Shown: positions 51,995-63,473 of the stretch, one piece after another
Layout: the number at the start of each line of letters is the position of its first letter
How positions within the stretch are numbered: the stretch's first letter is position 1
Source of the DNA: Candidatus Eremiobacteria bacterium
GTDB taxonomy: Bacteria > Vulcanimicrobiota > Vulcanimicrobiia > Vulcanimicrobiales > Vulcanimicrobiaceae
Assembly (NCBI GenBank): GCA_963758295.1
Contig: CAVWUU010000003.1
Coordinates: forward strand, 64,001 to 128,000
Reading direction: 5' to 3'
DNA length: 64,000 nt
Notes under the pieces: model-generated
What the model was told of the DNA's origin: nothing
Databases searched by the model: none
What the model saw: the letters and a program-made list of their open reading frames with translations, nothing else
Position numbers and translations under genes: made by a program

Positions 51995-52426
51995 CTATTG
52001 CGATTTGGCAATGCAGCCGGCACAGCGCCCTTGCAAGGTAACGACCGCACCGGAGAGTTGAGCGCCGAGCTCCGCGCCAATCGCCTCGACTGACTCGACC
52101 GGCAGCTGGAACGCGACGTCGCTTACGTGTCCGCATTCAGAGCAGCGAAAGTGGGCGTGCGGCGGACCGGCCGGTTCGTAGTAGGCCGAATCGGCGCCTG
52201 GAACGGCGATTTCCGAAACCAGCCCCAAATCCCGAAGCCGGATTAGCGCCCGGTAAACGGTTGTGAAACCGATGCCGGGACGCTGGTGGATGGCCAAATC
52301 GAACAGTTCGGCCATGGCCAAATGCCGGCCGATGCCTTGCTCCTGGACAATTTCGAAAACGAGGCGGTGGTTCTTGGAGAGCCGGGCCTCGTGCTCCGCA
52401 GCGTGCATCTCTATGTATCTTATCAT
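51995..52426 (-). CDS. Fur-family transcriptional regulator
   Basis: TTVYRAL, HAHFRCSECG, GRCAGC. Confidence 0.92.
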   Translation of the reverse strand: MIRYIEMHAAEHEARLSKNHRLVFEIVQEQGIGRHLAMAELFDLAIHQRPGIGFTTVYRALIRLRDLGLVSEIAVPGADSAYYEPAGPPHAHFRCSECGHVSDVAFQLPVESVEAIGAELGAQLSGAVVTLQGRCAGCIAKSQ

Positions 52427-52441
52427 ATCGACCGGCTAAAC

Positions 52442-52456
52442 TGAAAATGACTTTCA
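52442..52456. promoter_or_regulatory. Fur/Zur-type 7-1-7 box
   Basis: TGAAAAT-G-ACTTTCA, 15 nt upstream of the Fur-family gene. Confidence 0.65.
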
Positions 52457-52513
52457 CCGGTACTGCGATGAAGGAAAAGTCGCCTTATTAAAACTAATAA
52501 TGCAACATCTATC

Positions 52514-52906
52514 ATGGCTGAAAACGGCAAGTCGCCGGCGGAAGAGCTGATCGCCGGACCAATCAAGTCCAAGACGATCTTTCCGGCCCTCGTGCTTCAC
52601 TTGCTCGAGGACCGGCCCGACCACGGGTCCGGCCTGATGGCGCGCATCGAAACGGTGTGCGCCGGTCTCTTGGCCGTGAATACGAACACGATCTACCCGC
52701 TGTTGCGTCGTTTGGAAGAGCGCGGATTCATCGTCGGCGAGTGGGAGCACCCCACAAAACGCTCGCGGCGCTTTTATCGCATTACGCCCGACGGCCGTAC
52801 CCGGCTCGAACGCATCAAAGCGGGCATGCTGCCCTACCTCGATATGCTTGCGAAATCTATCGAACGTTTGCGTCGCGAGCTTTACGACGACGTTCACGCC
52901 GCCTAA
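52514..52906 (+). CDS. PadR-family regulator
   Basis: TIYPLLRRLEERG, RRFYRITPDG. Confidence 0.92.
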   Translation: MAENGKSPAEELIAGPIKSKTIFPALVLHLLEDRPDHGSGLMARIETVCAGLLAVNTNTIYPLLRRLEERGFIVGEWEHPTKRSRRFYRITPDGRTRLERIKAGMLPYLDMLAKSIERLRRELYDDVHAA

Positions 52907-52930
52907 TCTCTCCGGAGGAAACATCACGAG

Positions 52931-54752
52931 ATGAGCACTTACCAAGCACCGTTGCGAGACATGCAGTTCGTTCTACACGAACTCGCCGGAATTGAAGAAA
53001 TCGCGAAGCTTCCGGGATGCGAAGACACGCTGGACGTCGTTGATTCGATTCTCGAAGAAGCCGGTTCGTTTGCGAGCGGCGTGCTCGATCCGTTGAACCG
53101 TACCGCCGACAAAGAGGGCTGCACCTGGAACAACGGCGCGGTCACTACGCCGAAGGGCTTCAAAGAAGCCTATAAAAAGTTCGCCGACGCGGGTTGGATC
53201 GGTTTGCCGGTGCCGCCGGAATACGGCGGTCAAGGATTGCCGCAACTCCTGCTCGGACCGACGCTCGAAATGTGGAACGCGTCGAACATCGGCTTTGCAA
53301 ACGGGCCGCTTTTGAACCAAGGTTCCATCGAAGCGATCGAACTCGTCGGCTCGGAAGAACAGAAGAAGCGTTGGATTCCAAATCTCGTTTCCGGTAAGTG
53401 GACCGGCACGATGAATCTTACCGAACCGCAAGCCGGCTCGGATCTCGCGCAAGTACGCACCAAAGCCGTTCCGGATGGCGATCACTATTTGCTCACCGGT
53501 GAAAAGATTTTCATCACGTTCGGCGAGCATGATATGGCGGAGAACATCGTTCACCTCGTCCTGGCGCGTCTTCCGGATGCGCCCGAGGGCGTAAAGGGCA
53601 TTTCCCTCTTCATCGTGCCAAAGATTCTTGTCGAACGCCGATGGTTCGCTCGGTGAGAAGAACGACGTCGTTTGCGCCGGCATCGAGCACAAGCTCGGCA
53701 TCAACGGCAATCCGACATGTACGATGAAGTTCGGCGAATCCGGTAAGGGCGCCGTCGGCTATCTCGTCGGCGAAGCGAATCGCGGTCTCGAGTATATGTT
53801 CATCATGATGAACGCCGCGCGTTTCTCGGTTGGCGTGCAAGGTTTCGCCGTCGCCGATCGTGCGTACCAGGCTTCGCTCGAGTATGCTAAGGATCGCGTG
53901 CAAATGGCCGACGCCGCATCCCGTAGCAAGACGCCCGTCCGCATCATCGAGCATCCCGACGTGCGCCGCATGCTGATGTGGCAAAAGGCGAACATCGAAG
54001 CGATGCGCGCCCTTTCGTACGTTACCGCTGCGTCGCTCGACCTGGCGCACAAACACCCCGACGAAAAAGTGCGCAAGCAGCACAAGGCATTCGTGGAACT
54101 CATGATTCCGGTCGTCAAGGGCTGGTGCACGGAGAACTCCGTCGAGCTCTGTTCGACCGCGTTGCAAATTTTCGGCGGCATGGGTTACGTTGAAGAAACC
54201 GGCATTGCGCAACAGTATCGCGACGTGCGCATCACCACGATCTATGAAGGCACGACCGGGATCCAAGCGCTGGATCTCGTCGGCCGTAAGCTGATTCGGG
54301 ACATGGGCGCCACCGCGACCACCGTGATCAAAGACATGGAGAAATTTGCGAAGGAAGCCGTCGCAAACGATAACGCAGACGTTAAAGCGGTCGGCGAAGC
54401 CCTCCTCAAGGGCATCGCCACGCTTGCGGAAGTTTCGCAATGGATCGGAATGAACGCCATGGGCGACCTGCGCAAAGCCTTCGCGTGCTCGGTGCCCTAT
54501 CTCAAGCTTTGGGGCGTTGTTGCCGGCGGCTGGCAGATGGCACGCGCCGCGAAAGTCGCCGCAGAGAAAATCGCAGCCGGCGACAAAGATCCGTTCTACC
54601 AGGCAAAACTCACGACGGCGAAGTTTTACGCATCGCACGTGCTCACGCAAGGTGCGTGGTACAAGCGCCAGATCATCGACGGTTCCGGCGACGTAATGAC
54701 GCTGCCTGAAGAAGCATTCGAACTCGATCGTAAATTGGCGGTTACTGCATAA
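52931..54752 (+). CDS. Acyl-CoA dehydrogenase (frameshift near 53632)
   Basis: MNLTEPQAGSD, KIFIT, KGISLF, GGMGY, IYEGTTGIQ. Confidence 0.93.
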
Positions 54753-54754
54753 TC

Positions 54755-56921
54755 ATGGGATTCATCCATACCGTCCTTCGACAAGCCCAGGGTGACGGTG
54801 GCGGCAATATCCTCGTAATAACGCTGGATAACCCGCCCGTGAACTCGCTGTCGTTCGCACTTTCGGCCGAGCTAGTGCCGGCCATTGAAGCGGCGTCGGC
54901 CGACCCGGCCGTCAAAGCTGTCGTCATTACGGGTGCCAACGGCCAATTCTCCGCAGGCGCCGACGTCAATGACTTCAATACGGAACCGACGCCGGAAACC
55001 AAGACCATTCGCGACGTCATCGCGGCCGTGGAAAAGAGCGACAAAATCTTTGTCGCAGCCATTGAAAAGAACGCGCTCGGCGGCGGCCTCGAGCTGTCGC
55101 TCGCGTGTGACTATCGCGTTGCGCAAGAAGACGCGAAGGTGGGCCTGCCGGAAATCAAACTTGGGCTGCTGCCGGGTGCCGGCGGCACGCAGCGCTTGCC
55201 GCGCCTGATCGGCGCGCAAGACGCGCTCGACATCATGCTCAAGGGACGCAACGTCCGCATGGACGAGGCGAAAGAAAAAGGCATCATCGACGAAGTCGTC
55301 GCTTCGAGAGGCTCGGGACAGGGCAGCTCCGTTCTCGACGCGGCCGTCGAGCTCGCAAATCGCGTTACCGAGAAGCGCCGCGTCTCGCAGCGCCAGGCAA
55401 TCATCGGCAAGGGCATTACGTCGCAAGCCGGTCCGTTTGTCGTTTCGCAAGCGCACAAGATGGTACCGCCGGAAGATAACGGCGGATTCGCTGCGCACAA
55501 ACTAATCGATGCCGTGGAAGCCGCGGTCGAGATGCCGTTCGCGTTCGGACTCGCGCGCGAGGCGCGTCTGTTCGAAGAACTCGTGCGATCCGCGCCGTCC
55601 GCGGCGCTGCGACACGTATTCTTTGCGGAACGGGAACTCGCAAAGATTCCGGGTTTGAAATCCGCGCACCCAGCCGAAGTCAAGAAAGCCGGCGTTATCG
55701 GCGCGGGCACGATGGGCACCGGCATCGCGATTACCTTCGCCCAAGCCGGCATTCCCGTCGTGGTAATCGATTCGAACGACGCGGCGGTCGAGAAGGCGAA
55801 GCAAACGGTCTTCGGCATGTTCATGTATCAGGTCCAGAAGGGACGACTGACGCAAGAGCAAGCGTGGAAGCTCGGCCAGTCGATTCAGTTCAGCGAAGAC
55901 TATAGCGAAGTTGCCGATGCCGACGTCGTGATTGAGGCCGTCTTCGAAGACATGACCGTCAAGAAGCAAGTCTTCGAGAAGCTCGACCAAGTGGTTAAGC
56001 CCGAAGCGCTTCTGGCTTCCAATACCTCAACGCTCGATATCGACGAAATGGCGTCCGTTACGAAGCGGCCGGAGAAGTTCGTCGGCCTGCATTTCTTCGT
56101 TCCGGCGAACATTATGCCGCTGCTCGAAATCGTGCGCGGGAAAGAGACGTCGGCCGAAACGATCTGGCGACCGCGTTCAAGCTCGGCAAGGCGCTGAAGA
56201 AGACTGCCGTGCTTTCCGCGAACGCATTCGGCTTCATCGGCAATCGCATGGTGTTCGATTACGCAAAGGCTGCGGGTGCACTCGCGGAAGAGGGCATCTC
56301 GCCGTTACGCATCGACGCGATTGCGAAGAAGTTCGGTTTTCCGATGGGACCGTTTGCCATGGGCAGACCTCTCGGGCATCGACGTTGCGTGGCACATCGG
56401 CAAGGCGCGACCCGACATCGCGGGCGGACGCACCAACATCGTCGATCGTCTCGTCGAAATGAAGCGCCTTGGCCAAAAAACCATGGCCGGCTATTTCAAG
56501 TACGACAAGAGCGTCGGCAAAGGCCGCGAGCCCATTTGCGATCCGGAAATCGAAGCGCTGTTTGCGGAAGAAGCGAAGAAAGCCGGCATCGCGCCGCGCG
56601 ACGGTTTCCGACGAAGAGATCTTGCAGCGTCTCATGTTCGCGCTGATCAATCGCGGCGCGTTCCTGCTCGGAAGAAGGCGTGGCGTTGCGTCCGGGCGAC
56701 ATCGATATCGTCTACGTCTACGGCTACGGTTTTCCGCCGCATCGCGGCGGCCCGATGTGGTATGCCGATGAAGTCGGCGTGCAAAGCCGTTTACGACAAA
56801 GTCGTCGAGTTCGGTTGGGAACCGGCGCCGCTGCTTAAAAAAACTTGCCGAAGAGAACGGCAAGTTTGCCACTGTGTCCCTGAGCGAGTCGAAGGGCGAA
56901 GGAGAACTCATCAATGCGTGA
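54755..56921 (+). CDS. Enoyl-CoA hydratase/3-hydroxyacyl-CoA dehydrogenase (several frameshifts in 56160-56845)
   Basis: [48 protein letters not shown]. Confidence 0.9.
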
Positions 56922-58104
56922 GGCGGTAATCGTCTCGGCCGCGCGCACGCCGATCGGGAAGGCGTTTCGCGGTGCGTTCAATCAAACTCCCGGCGCAACG
57001 CTCGCCGGTCATGTCGTCCGGAATGCGATCGAGCGCGCCGGCGTCGATCCGGCGGAAGTCGAAGACGTGGTCATCGGCTCGGGCTTGCCCGAAGGCGCTA
57101 CCGGAAATAACATCGGCCGCACCGCCGCGTTGCGCGCCGGCTGTCCGGTAACCGTTCCGGGCCAAACCGTTAGCCGGTATTGCGCATCGGGCCTCGACGC
57201 CATTGCGTCGGCCGCGAAGCGCGTGATGGTCGACGGCGCCGATGTCGTGGTTGCCGGCGGCGTCGAATCGATTTCGCATGGTGCAGAACAATCTGAACAT
57301 GGAGTACTTACACCGAAGAGTGGCTGCTGCGCCATACGCCCGACGTGTACATGCCGATGCTCTACACGGCCGACAACGTTGCTAAGAAGTACAACGTGTC
57401 GCGCGAACGGCAGGACGAGTACGCGCTGCAGAGCCAGCAGCGTACCGCTGCTGCGCAAGACGCCGGCCGTTTCGATGCCGAGATCGTGGCGCTGCCGTCC
57501 TGGAAGTACAATCAGGACAAAGAAACCGGCAAGGTTACGGAAGAGCACGTAACGCTTAAGCGTGACGAGGGCAATCGCGCCGACACGACGCTCGAAGGGT
57601 TGTCGTCGCTCAAAGGCGCGGTGCCGGGTATCAAAGATACGTCGATCACCGCCGGCAATTCATCGCAGCTTTCCGACGGTGCCGCGGCGGTCGTCGTGAT
57701 GGATTCGAAGCTTGCGCGAACAGCGCGATCTTCAGCCGCTGGGTATTTATCGCGGCTTCGTGGTCGCGGGATGCGAACCGGGCGAAATGGGCATCGGTCC
57801 GATCTACGCCGTGCCGAAACTGCTCAAGCAGCACGGCTTGACAGTCGACGACATCGGCCTGTGGGAACTCAACGAAGCCTTTGCGGTGCAAACCGTGTAC
57901 TGCCGAGACGTCTTGGAAATTCCCAACGATCGCTTCAACGTCGACGGCGGCGCGATTTCGATCGGCCATCCCTACGGCATGAGCGGCGCGCGCATGGCGA
58001 TGCACGCGCTCATCGAAGGCAAACGTCGCGGCGTGAAATACGTCGTCGTCACGATGTGCATCGGCGGCGGCATGGGTGCGGCAGGCCTTTTCGAAGTCGC
58101 TTAA
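56914..58104 (+). CDS. Acetyl-CoA C-acyltransferase (thiolase; frameshifts near 57277, 57309, 57720)
   Basis: RYCASG, NEAFA, GHPYG, CIGGGMG. Confidence 0.92.
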
Positions 58105-58161
58105 CACGAGACGCGACGCAGGAGAGCTCGGACGAACGTCCGGGCTCACGCACGGAAGATC

Positions 58162-58190
58162 GAAAGGCGACGCCTGAAGCGTCGCCTTTC
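58162..58190. terminator. Bidirectional intrinsic terminator
   Basis: GAAAGGCGACGC-CTGAA-GCGTCGCCTTTC between convergent genes. Confidence 0.8.
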
Positions 58191-58210
58191 TCGTGTTCCT
58201 TTAGCGGGCC

Positions 58211-58480
58211 TTATTTGGGAGTGTAAGCGACGCACCAGCCGTTGGGGCTGATCGAGCCTTCGACCACTTTGCACATGCCGTTGGCTTTCGCCGTTTTACC
58301 GGGAATGAACAGCTTGCAGCCGGAGCACTTCGCCGTGCCTTTGGGCGTATTTTGATACTTCATCGCGGATTTCGATGATTTTGCTTCAGCCAGCGTCGAT
58401 GTTCCGGCGAAAGCGAGTCCGGCGAGCGCCGGTAATACTATCAGGTGTTTTAATGCCTCTTTCCGCGAGGGGTGTCTCAT
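58211..58480 (-). CDS. High-potential iron-sulfur protein (short Iro-type HiPIP)
   Basis: YQ..P...CSGC..F...C..V.G.ISPNGWC; Tat-like leader SRKEALK. Confidence 0.9.
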   Translation of the reverse strand: MRHPSRKEALKHLIVLPALAGLAFAGTSTLAEAKSSKSAMKYQNTPKGTAKCSGCKLFIPGKTAKANGMCKVVEGSISPNGWCVAYTPK

Positions 58481-58491
58481 GAAAGAACCTC

Positions 58492-60090
58492 CTATAAAGG
58501 CGTATGCGGGAGCTTTTCGCGTCTTGCGGCCTCACCCTTCGGCTGCACGACGTAAATGTAGTCGACGACGCGGCCCTCGTAATTCTCGGCTGTTGCAACC
58601 AGTCGTGCGCCGGGCGGTGCGTCGAATTGTTCCTTCGTTACGACGATTGACTGCGGCCAGTAACACTCGGGGAGTAAGCCTTCGATTTTATCCAAATGCG
58701 ATGACCTCAGATAATAAGCGAAGAGCGTCTGCGAATTCATGCCGTTGATGCCTTCAAAGCAAACGCGAGACGCAGCCGGTTCGAGCCTACGCACGACGGC
58801 GAAGAGTTCGCGGTTCTCGTATTGATTCGCATCGGCCGACGGCCCGACGTAGGCGATGAAGTACGCCCGGAAAAAAAGCATGACTTGCGCGGCCGCGATT
58901 GCGCCCAGGACGTAGCCTAGCTCGACGCGATAGGCGCGAAGGGGGGATCGAGCAAGCGCGTCCCATGCCGCGAGCAATCCGATGGCCGTGAAGATACACG
59001 CAACCGGCGCCCCGATCAGCGTGCGAAGGAAGTGCGGAACGCCGTCGTTGGTGAGCGCGCCGCCCAGCGGATAGATTAGCAGCCAAGTCCACAAAAATGC
59101 CGCGACGCGCGCCGTATAACGCCGCCAGGCCGCAACAGCGCCGAACACCATCCATGGCAACATCCAAAGATAGAGCACCCCGAAAAGCGGGCCGTGATTC
59201 GGATTGCGGTCGCCGCTTTGGAATAGCGGCTCCGGAAGAAAGTGCGCGAAGTAGTTGTTCGCAAAGAGGGCGATCGTTTTCGGGTTCACGCCGTCGGCGA
59301 ACGTCGAGATCCGGTGGTCGCGCCAAAAGAACTCCGGATGGTTCGCCACCGAGGTCACGAGCGGAAGAAGCTCCACAAACCAGATCGCCGTCATGCCAAG
59401 GACCGGACGCCACGCGGTGCGCGCGCAACGGAAGTCGAGCAGAAGCATCGCTGCGCAGAGCGCTAAGCTCTCGGGCAACGCCGCTCGATAGCTGTAGCTG
59501 CCGATTCCGAATAAGACTCCGGCAAGTAAGATCGGCGCGTTTCTCGCCTGGTCCAGACCTGCGCGCAGCGCCCACAGACCACCCAACACGAATGGGAGCA
59601 TCGCGGCGGGCTCCCATCCCACTCGGGAGATCACGATGTCCCACGGAAGTATCGCAGCGATCGCACCGGCGAGAAGCGCGGCGGTTCGATCGTGGAGGAG
59701 CCTGCGGGTAAGGCCCATCGTGCACCAAACCGTCGCGACGCCGAGAATCACCGCGGGAAGACGGAACGCGACCGCGGTCGTACCAAACACGAGACTCGAG
59801 GCATACTCGAACGCGCCGTAGAGCGGCAAGTACATGATGCGATAGTCGAAGAATGCGCGCACCGGGGCCCGGCCGGTGAGCTCGTCGAGGATGCCGGCAT
59901 ACCCGGCGAGTTCGTCGGGATGCAGCGCCCCCGGAACTGATCCTAGTTCCCAAATGCGAAACAGGAAGGCCGTAAGCAACGTAGCGGCGATTGCAAGCGT
60001 CCAGCCGTTTAGAGAAATTCTACGGTCGAGCGGACTCGTCTGAAGATTTTTTGACGCGTCGCCGCCTATAGTTAACGACATCCGTCTCAC
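58492..60090 (-). CDS. GT-C glycosyltransferase (ArnT/PMT family)
   Basis: PGALHPDE, FRLP, PWDIVISR, many TM; start uncertain. Confidence 0.8.
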   Translation of the reverse strand: MRRMSLTIGGDASKNLQTSPLDRRISLNGWTLAIAATLLTAFLFRIWELGSVPGALHPDELAGYAGILDELTGRAPVRAFFDYRIMYLPLYGAFEYASSLVFGTTAVAFRLPAVILGVATVWCTMGLTRRLLHDRTAALLAGAIAAILPWDIVISRVGWEPAAMLPFVLGGLWALRAGLDQARNAPILLAGVLFGIGSYSYRAALPESLALCAAMLLLDFRCARTAWRPVLGMTAIWFVELLPLVTSVANHPEFFWRDHRISTFADGVNPKTIALFANNYFAHFLPEPLFQSGDRNPNHGPLFGVLYLWMLPWMVFGAVAAWRRYTARVAAFLWTWLLIYPLGGALTNDGVPHFLRTLIGAPVACIFTAIGLLAAWDALARSPLRAYRVELGYVLGAIAAAQVMLFFRAYFIAYVGPSADANQYENRELFAVVRRLEPAASRVCFEGINGMNSQTLFAYYLRSSHLDKIEGLLPECYWPQSIVVTKEQFDAPPGARLVATAENYEGRVVDYIYVVQPKGEAARREKLPHTPL

Positions 60091-63000
60091 GTGAAGGAGC
60101 TTCGTTTGACTCGAGTCCCGGTCATCGTGCGCACCGCGGCGTTTTGTGCTGCGGCTCTAGCGCTGAGCGGCGCGGTGGCATTTGCCGATCCGTCGCCGTC
60201 CCCGTCTCCGTCGGCGTCCCCGGCTGCCTCCGGTAAGCCGTCGCCGTCGCCCTCGCCGTCCCCAACGGCCAAGCCCGTCTACCAGAGCATGCAGTGGCGG
60301 CAGCTCGGCCCGGGCCTGCATGGGAGGCCGGGCGGCAAACGTCGCCGGCTCGGCCAAGAACATCAACCTTTACTACGTCGCGTCGGCGGGCGGCGGCGTC
60401 TGGAAAACCACCGACGGCGGCGAGACCTGGAACTCGGTCTTCGATAAGGAACCCGTTGCCTCGATCGGTGACGTCGTCATCGATCCCACGAACGATAACG
60501 TCGTGTGGGTCGGCACCGGCGAAGGCAATCCGCGCAATGACGTCATCCCCGGCGCGGGCGTCTATAAGACGACCGACGGCGGCAAGACGTGGACGCTGAT
60601 GGGGCTGAAGGAGACGCGCACGATCACGCGCGTTCTCGTCGACCCGAAGAATCCGAACCATGTGATCGTGGCTGCGCTCGGCGACGTGTACGCGCCGAGT
60701 GAAGACCGCGGCATCTACGTGACCGACGATGGCGGGAAGACGTGGAAGAAGACGCTCTATGTCAGCACGCAGAGCGGCGGATCGGACCTTGCGTGGGATC
60801 CGAGCAATCCGAGCGTGGTGTATGCGGGCATGTGGCACTTCATGCGCAAGCCGTGGACCACGAACAGCGGCGGTTCCGACGACGGTCTCTATAAGTCGAC
60901 CGACGGCGGCAACACTTGGACGAAGCTCACCGGGAACGGCCTGCCGACCGATACGACCGGACGCATCGGCCTTGCCGTGGCCCCGAGCGACGGCAATCGC
61001 GTGTACGCGCTCATCGAATCGAAGCAAGGCATTCTGTGGCGTTCGGACGACGGCGGAAAGAACTGGACGATGACGAGCAACGATACGCTCGTCGATCAAC
61101 GTCCGTTTTACTTCTCGCACATCTACGTGGATCCGAAAGACGCGAATCACGTTTACGGCGTTTCGGCCGATCTTTCGCAATCGAAAGACGGCGGCAAGAC
61201 GTTCAAGTCCATGCCGGGCTCGCCCCACGGCGATTTCCACGGCATGTGGATTGCTCCGAACGACCCCGATCGCATGATGGTTGCCGAAGACGGCGGCGTT
61301 GCGCGCTCGCTCGACGGCGGCGGAACGTGGTTCTTCGACCGCAATTTACCGATCGGCGAGGTGTATCACGTCGGCGTCGGCCTCAAGGGCAATCCTTACT
61401 GGGTTTGCGGCGGCTGGCAAGACAACAATGCGTGGTGCGGACCGGCGTTCAACACCGATCCGTCCGGCGTGCAGAACAAGAATTGGGTGAACACCACCGG
61501 CGGCGACGGCGAGTGGGCGATTCCTGATCCGCTCGATCCCGATATTCTGTGGTCGGAGTCGCAACAAGGCTTCCTCACGGTCTACAACAAGCGTACGCGC
61601 GACTCGTACTTCGTTCAGCCATACTTGGCGACGGCAAACCAACAGTTCGATCTGCGCACCGCGAAGTATCGCTTCAACTGGGATACGCCCTTTGCGTTCG
61701 CCCCATGGGACGGACACGTCGCGTGGATCGGCGGAAGCGCGTTATTCCAGACGACCGATCGCGGCCGTCATTGGAGCGTCATCAGCCCCGATCTCACGTT
61801 GAACGAGAAGGATCATCAGGCGCCTCCGGGCGGCCCGATCACGCACGACGTTTCGAGCGCTGAGAACTACAACACGATTCTGGACGTCGAGGGATCTTCG
61901 CTGCATCGCGGCGAGATCTGGGTCGGAACCGACGACGGCCAAGTACAGTACACGATCGACAACGGCAAACATTGGCACAACGTCACGCCGAAAGCTGCGC
62001 CGGATCACGGTGAAGCCGAAACGGTTGCGCCTTCAACGACCAACGACGGTACGGTGTACGTCAGCTACGACAAACACTTGCTCGGCGATTACAAGCCGTA
62101 TCTTTTCGTCACGCACAATTTTGGAAAGACGTGGACGAACATCGCGAACGGTATTCCGGAAGGTCAGTACGCGCGTTCCGTGCGTCAGGATCTGCATAAT
62201 AAGAACATCGTGTACGCGGGAACCGAAACCGGATTTTGGATTTCGTGTGACGGCGGCTCGTCGTGGCACGACTTCAAGAATAATCTGCCTACCGTTGCAG
62301 TGCGCGACATTCGCTTCCAACCGCAGTGGGACGACATGGTTATTGCGACGCACGGCCGCGCGATCTACGTGATGGACGATCTTCGTCCGCTGCAGCAGAG
62401 CGCATGCAGCAAACCGGATCGCGCCTATGTTCTCGCGCCGCGTCCAACCTATCAGTATAATCTGCATAGCGACGACGAAGGCACTTACACCGATTGGACG
62501 GCGCAGAATCCGCCGTACGGAGTCGCGATCTCCTACTACCTTCCGGCTGCCGAAAAGACCGGCCCGGTAATTCGGATTCTCGACTCGAAGGGCCACGTCG
62601 TTCGCACGATTCAGGGCAACCGCCCGAACCCGTTCTCGGACAAACAGCGCCCCTGGATCAAGAACGAAGCCGGCTTGCAGCAGTTCGTTTGGGACACCAG
62701 CGAAGACGGTCCGGTTCGCTGGAACGGCGCCGGCAAACTCTTCAAAGGGCCCGCCGAAGGCGTCGGCGTGGTGCCGGGGCATTACACGCTGCAGATGACG
62801 CTCGGAAACCAAACGTTCACGCAGCCGTTCGTAATCAAAGAAGATCCTGACTCGCAGTACACCATGGCGGAACTGCAAGCCTCGCACGACTACGGCAAGC
62901 ACTTCATGCAGAAGCTCTCGGCGATCGACGTTGCATTGAATTCGCTCGACGACGTCAAATCGGGATTGCAAAAGGCGCGTAAAGCGGCGCAGGCCAAGAA

Positions 63001-63313
63001 CGACACCGCTTCAGTCACGGCTATCGATACGGCGCTCGCCAATCGTCAGAAGCTCGTAGACAATCTCACCGCGGACTACCAGAACGGCGAAGATTTCATT
63101 CAACGCCCCGGCAAGCTGCGTGAGGATCTGATGGGCGTCTTGTTTACGGCAAACATAACGCCGGCGAACCTCGACATCGGCCGGCGCGTCGATGCGGAAT
63201 ACGCAGGCGCCGTTTCGCAGTATAACGCGTACGTTGCGACGTTGCCGATGGTCAACTCGACGCTGGCGCACGACGGTTACGGCTCCGTAACGGTGCCAAG
63301 ACCGCTACGTTAG
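60091..63313 (+). CDS. Secreted BNR/Asp-box (VPS10/sortilin-like) beta-propeller protein (frameshift near 60312)
   Basis: Signal peptide, (PS)n linker, many [ST]xDGGxTW boxes. Confidence 0.9.
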
Positions 63314-63473
63314 CCGTTTCACCTAGGCTCCGGGCCCCGGAAAGGCGACGGGGTTCGGAATTGGATCGATCGGCGGCTCCTCATTCGGTCCCGGTTCACC
63401 CGGGGCCGGCTGGGGAGTCGGCGGCGGCATCCCGGGATCGGGAACCGGCATTCGCATAAGGATTTCGGAGGCC

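Noticed and set aside
60190..60270. CCGTCG/CCGTCC tandem hexamers
   Set aside because: They encode an ordinary (PS)n linker after the signal peptide
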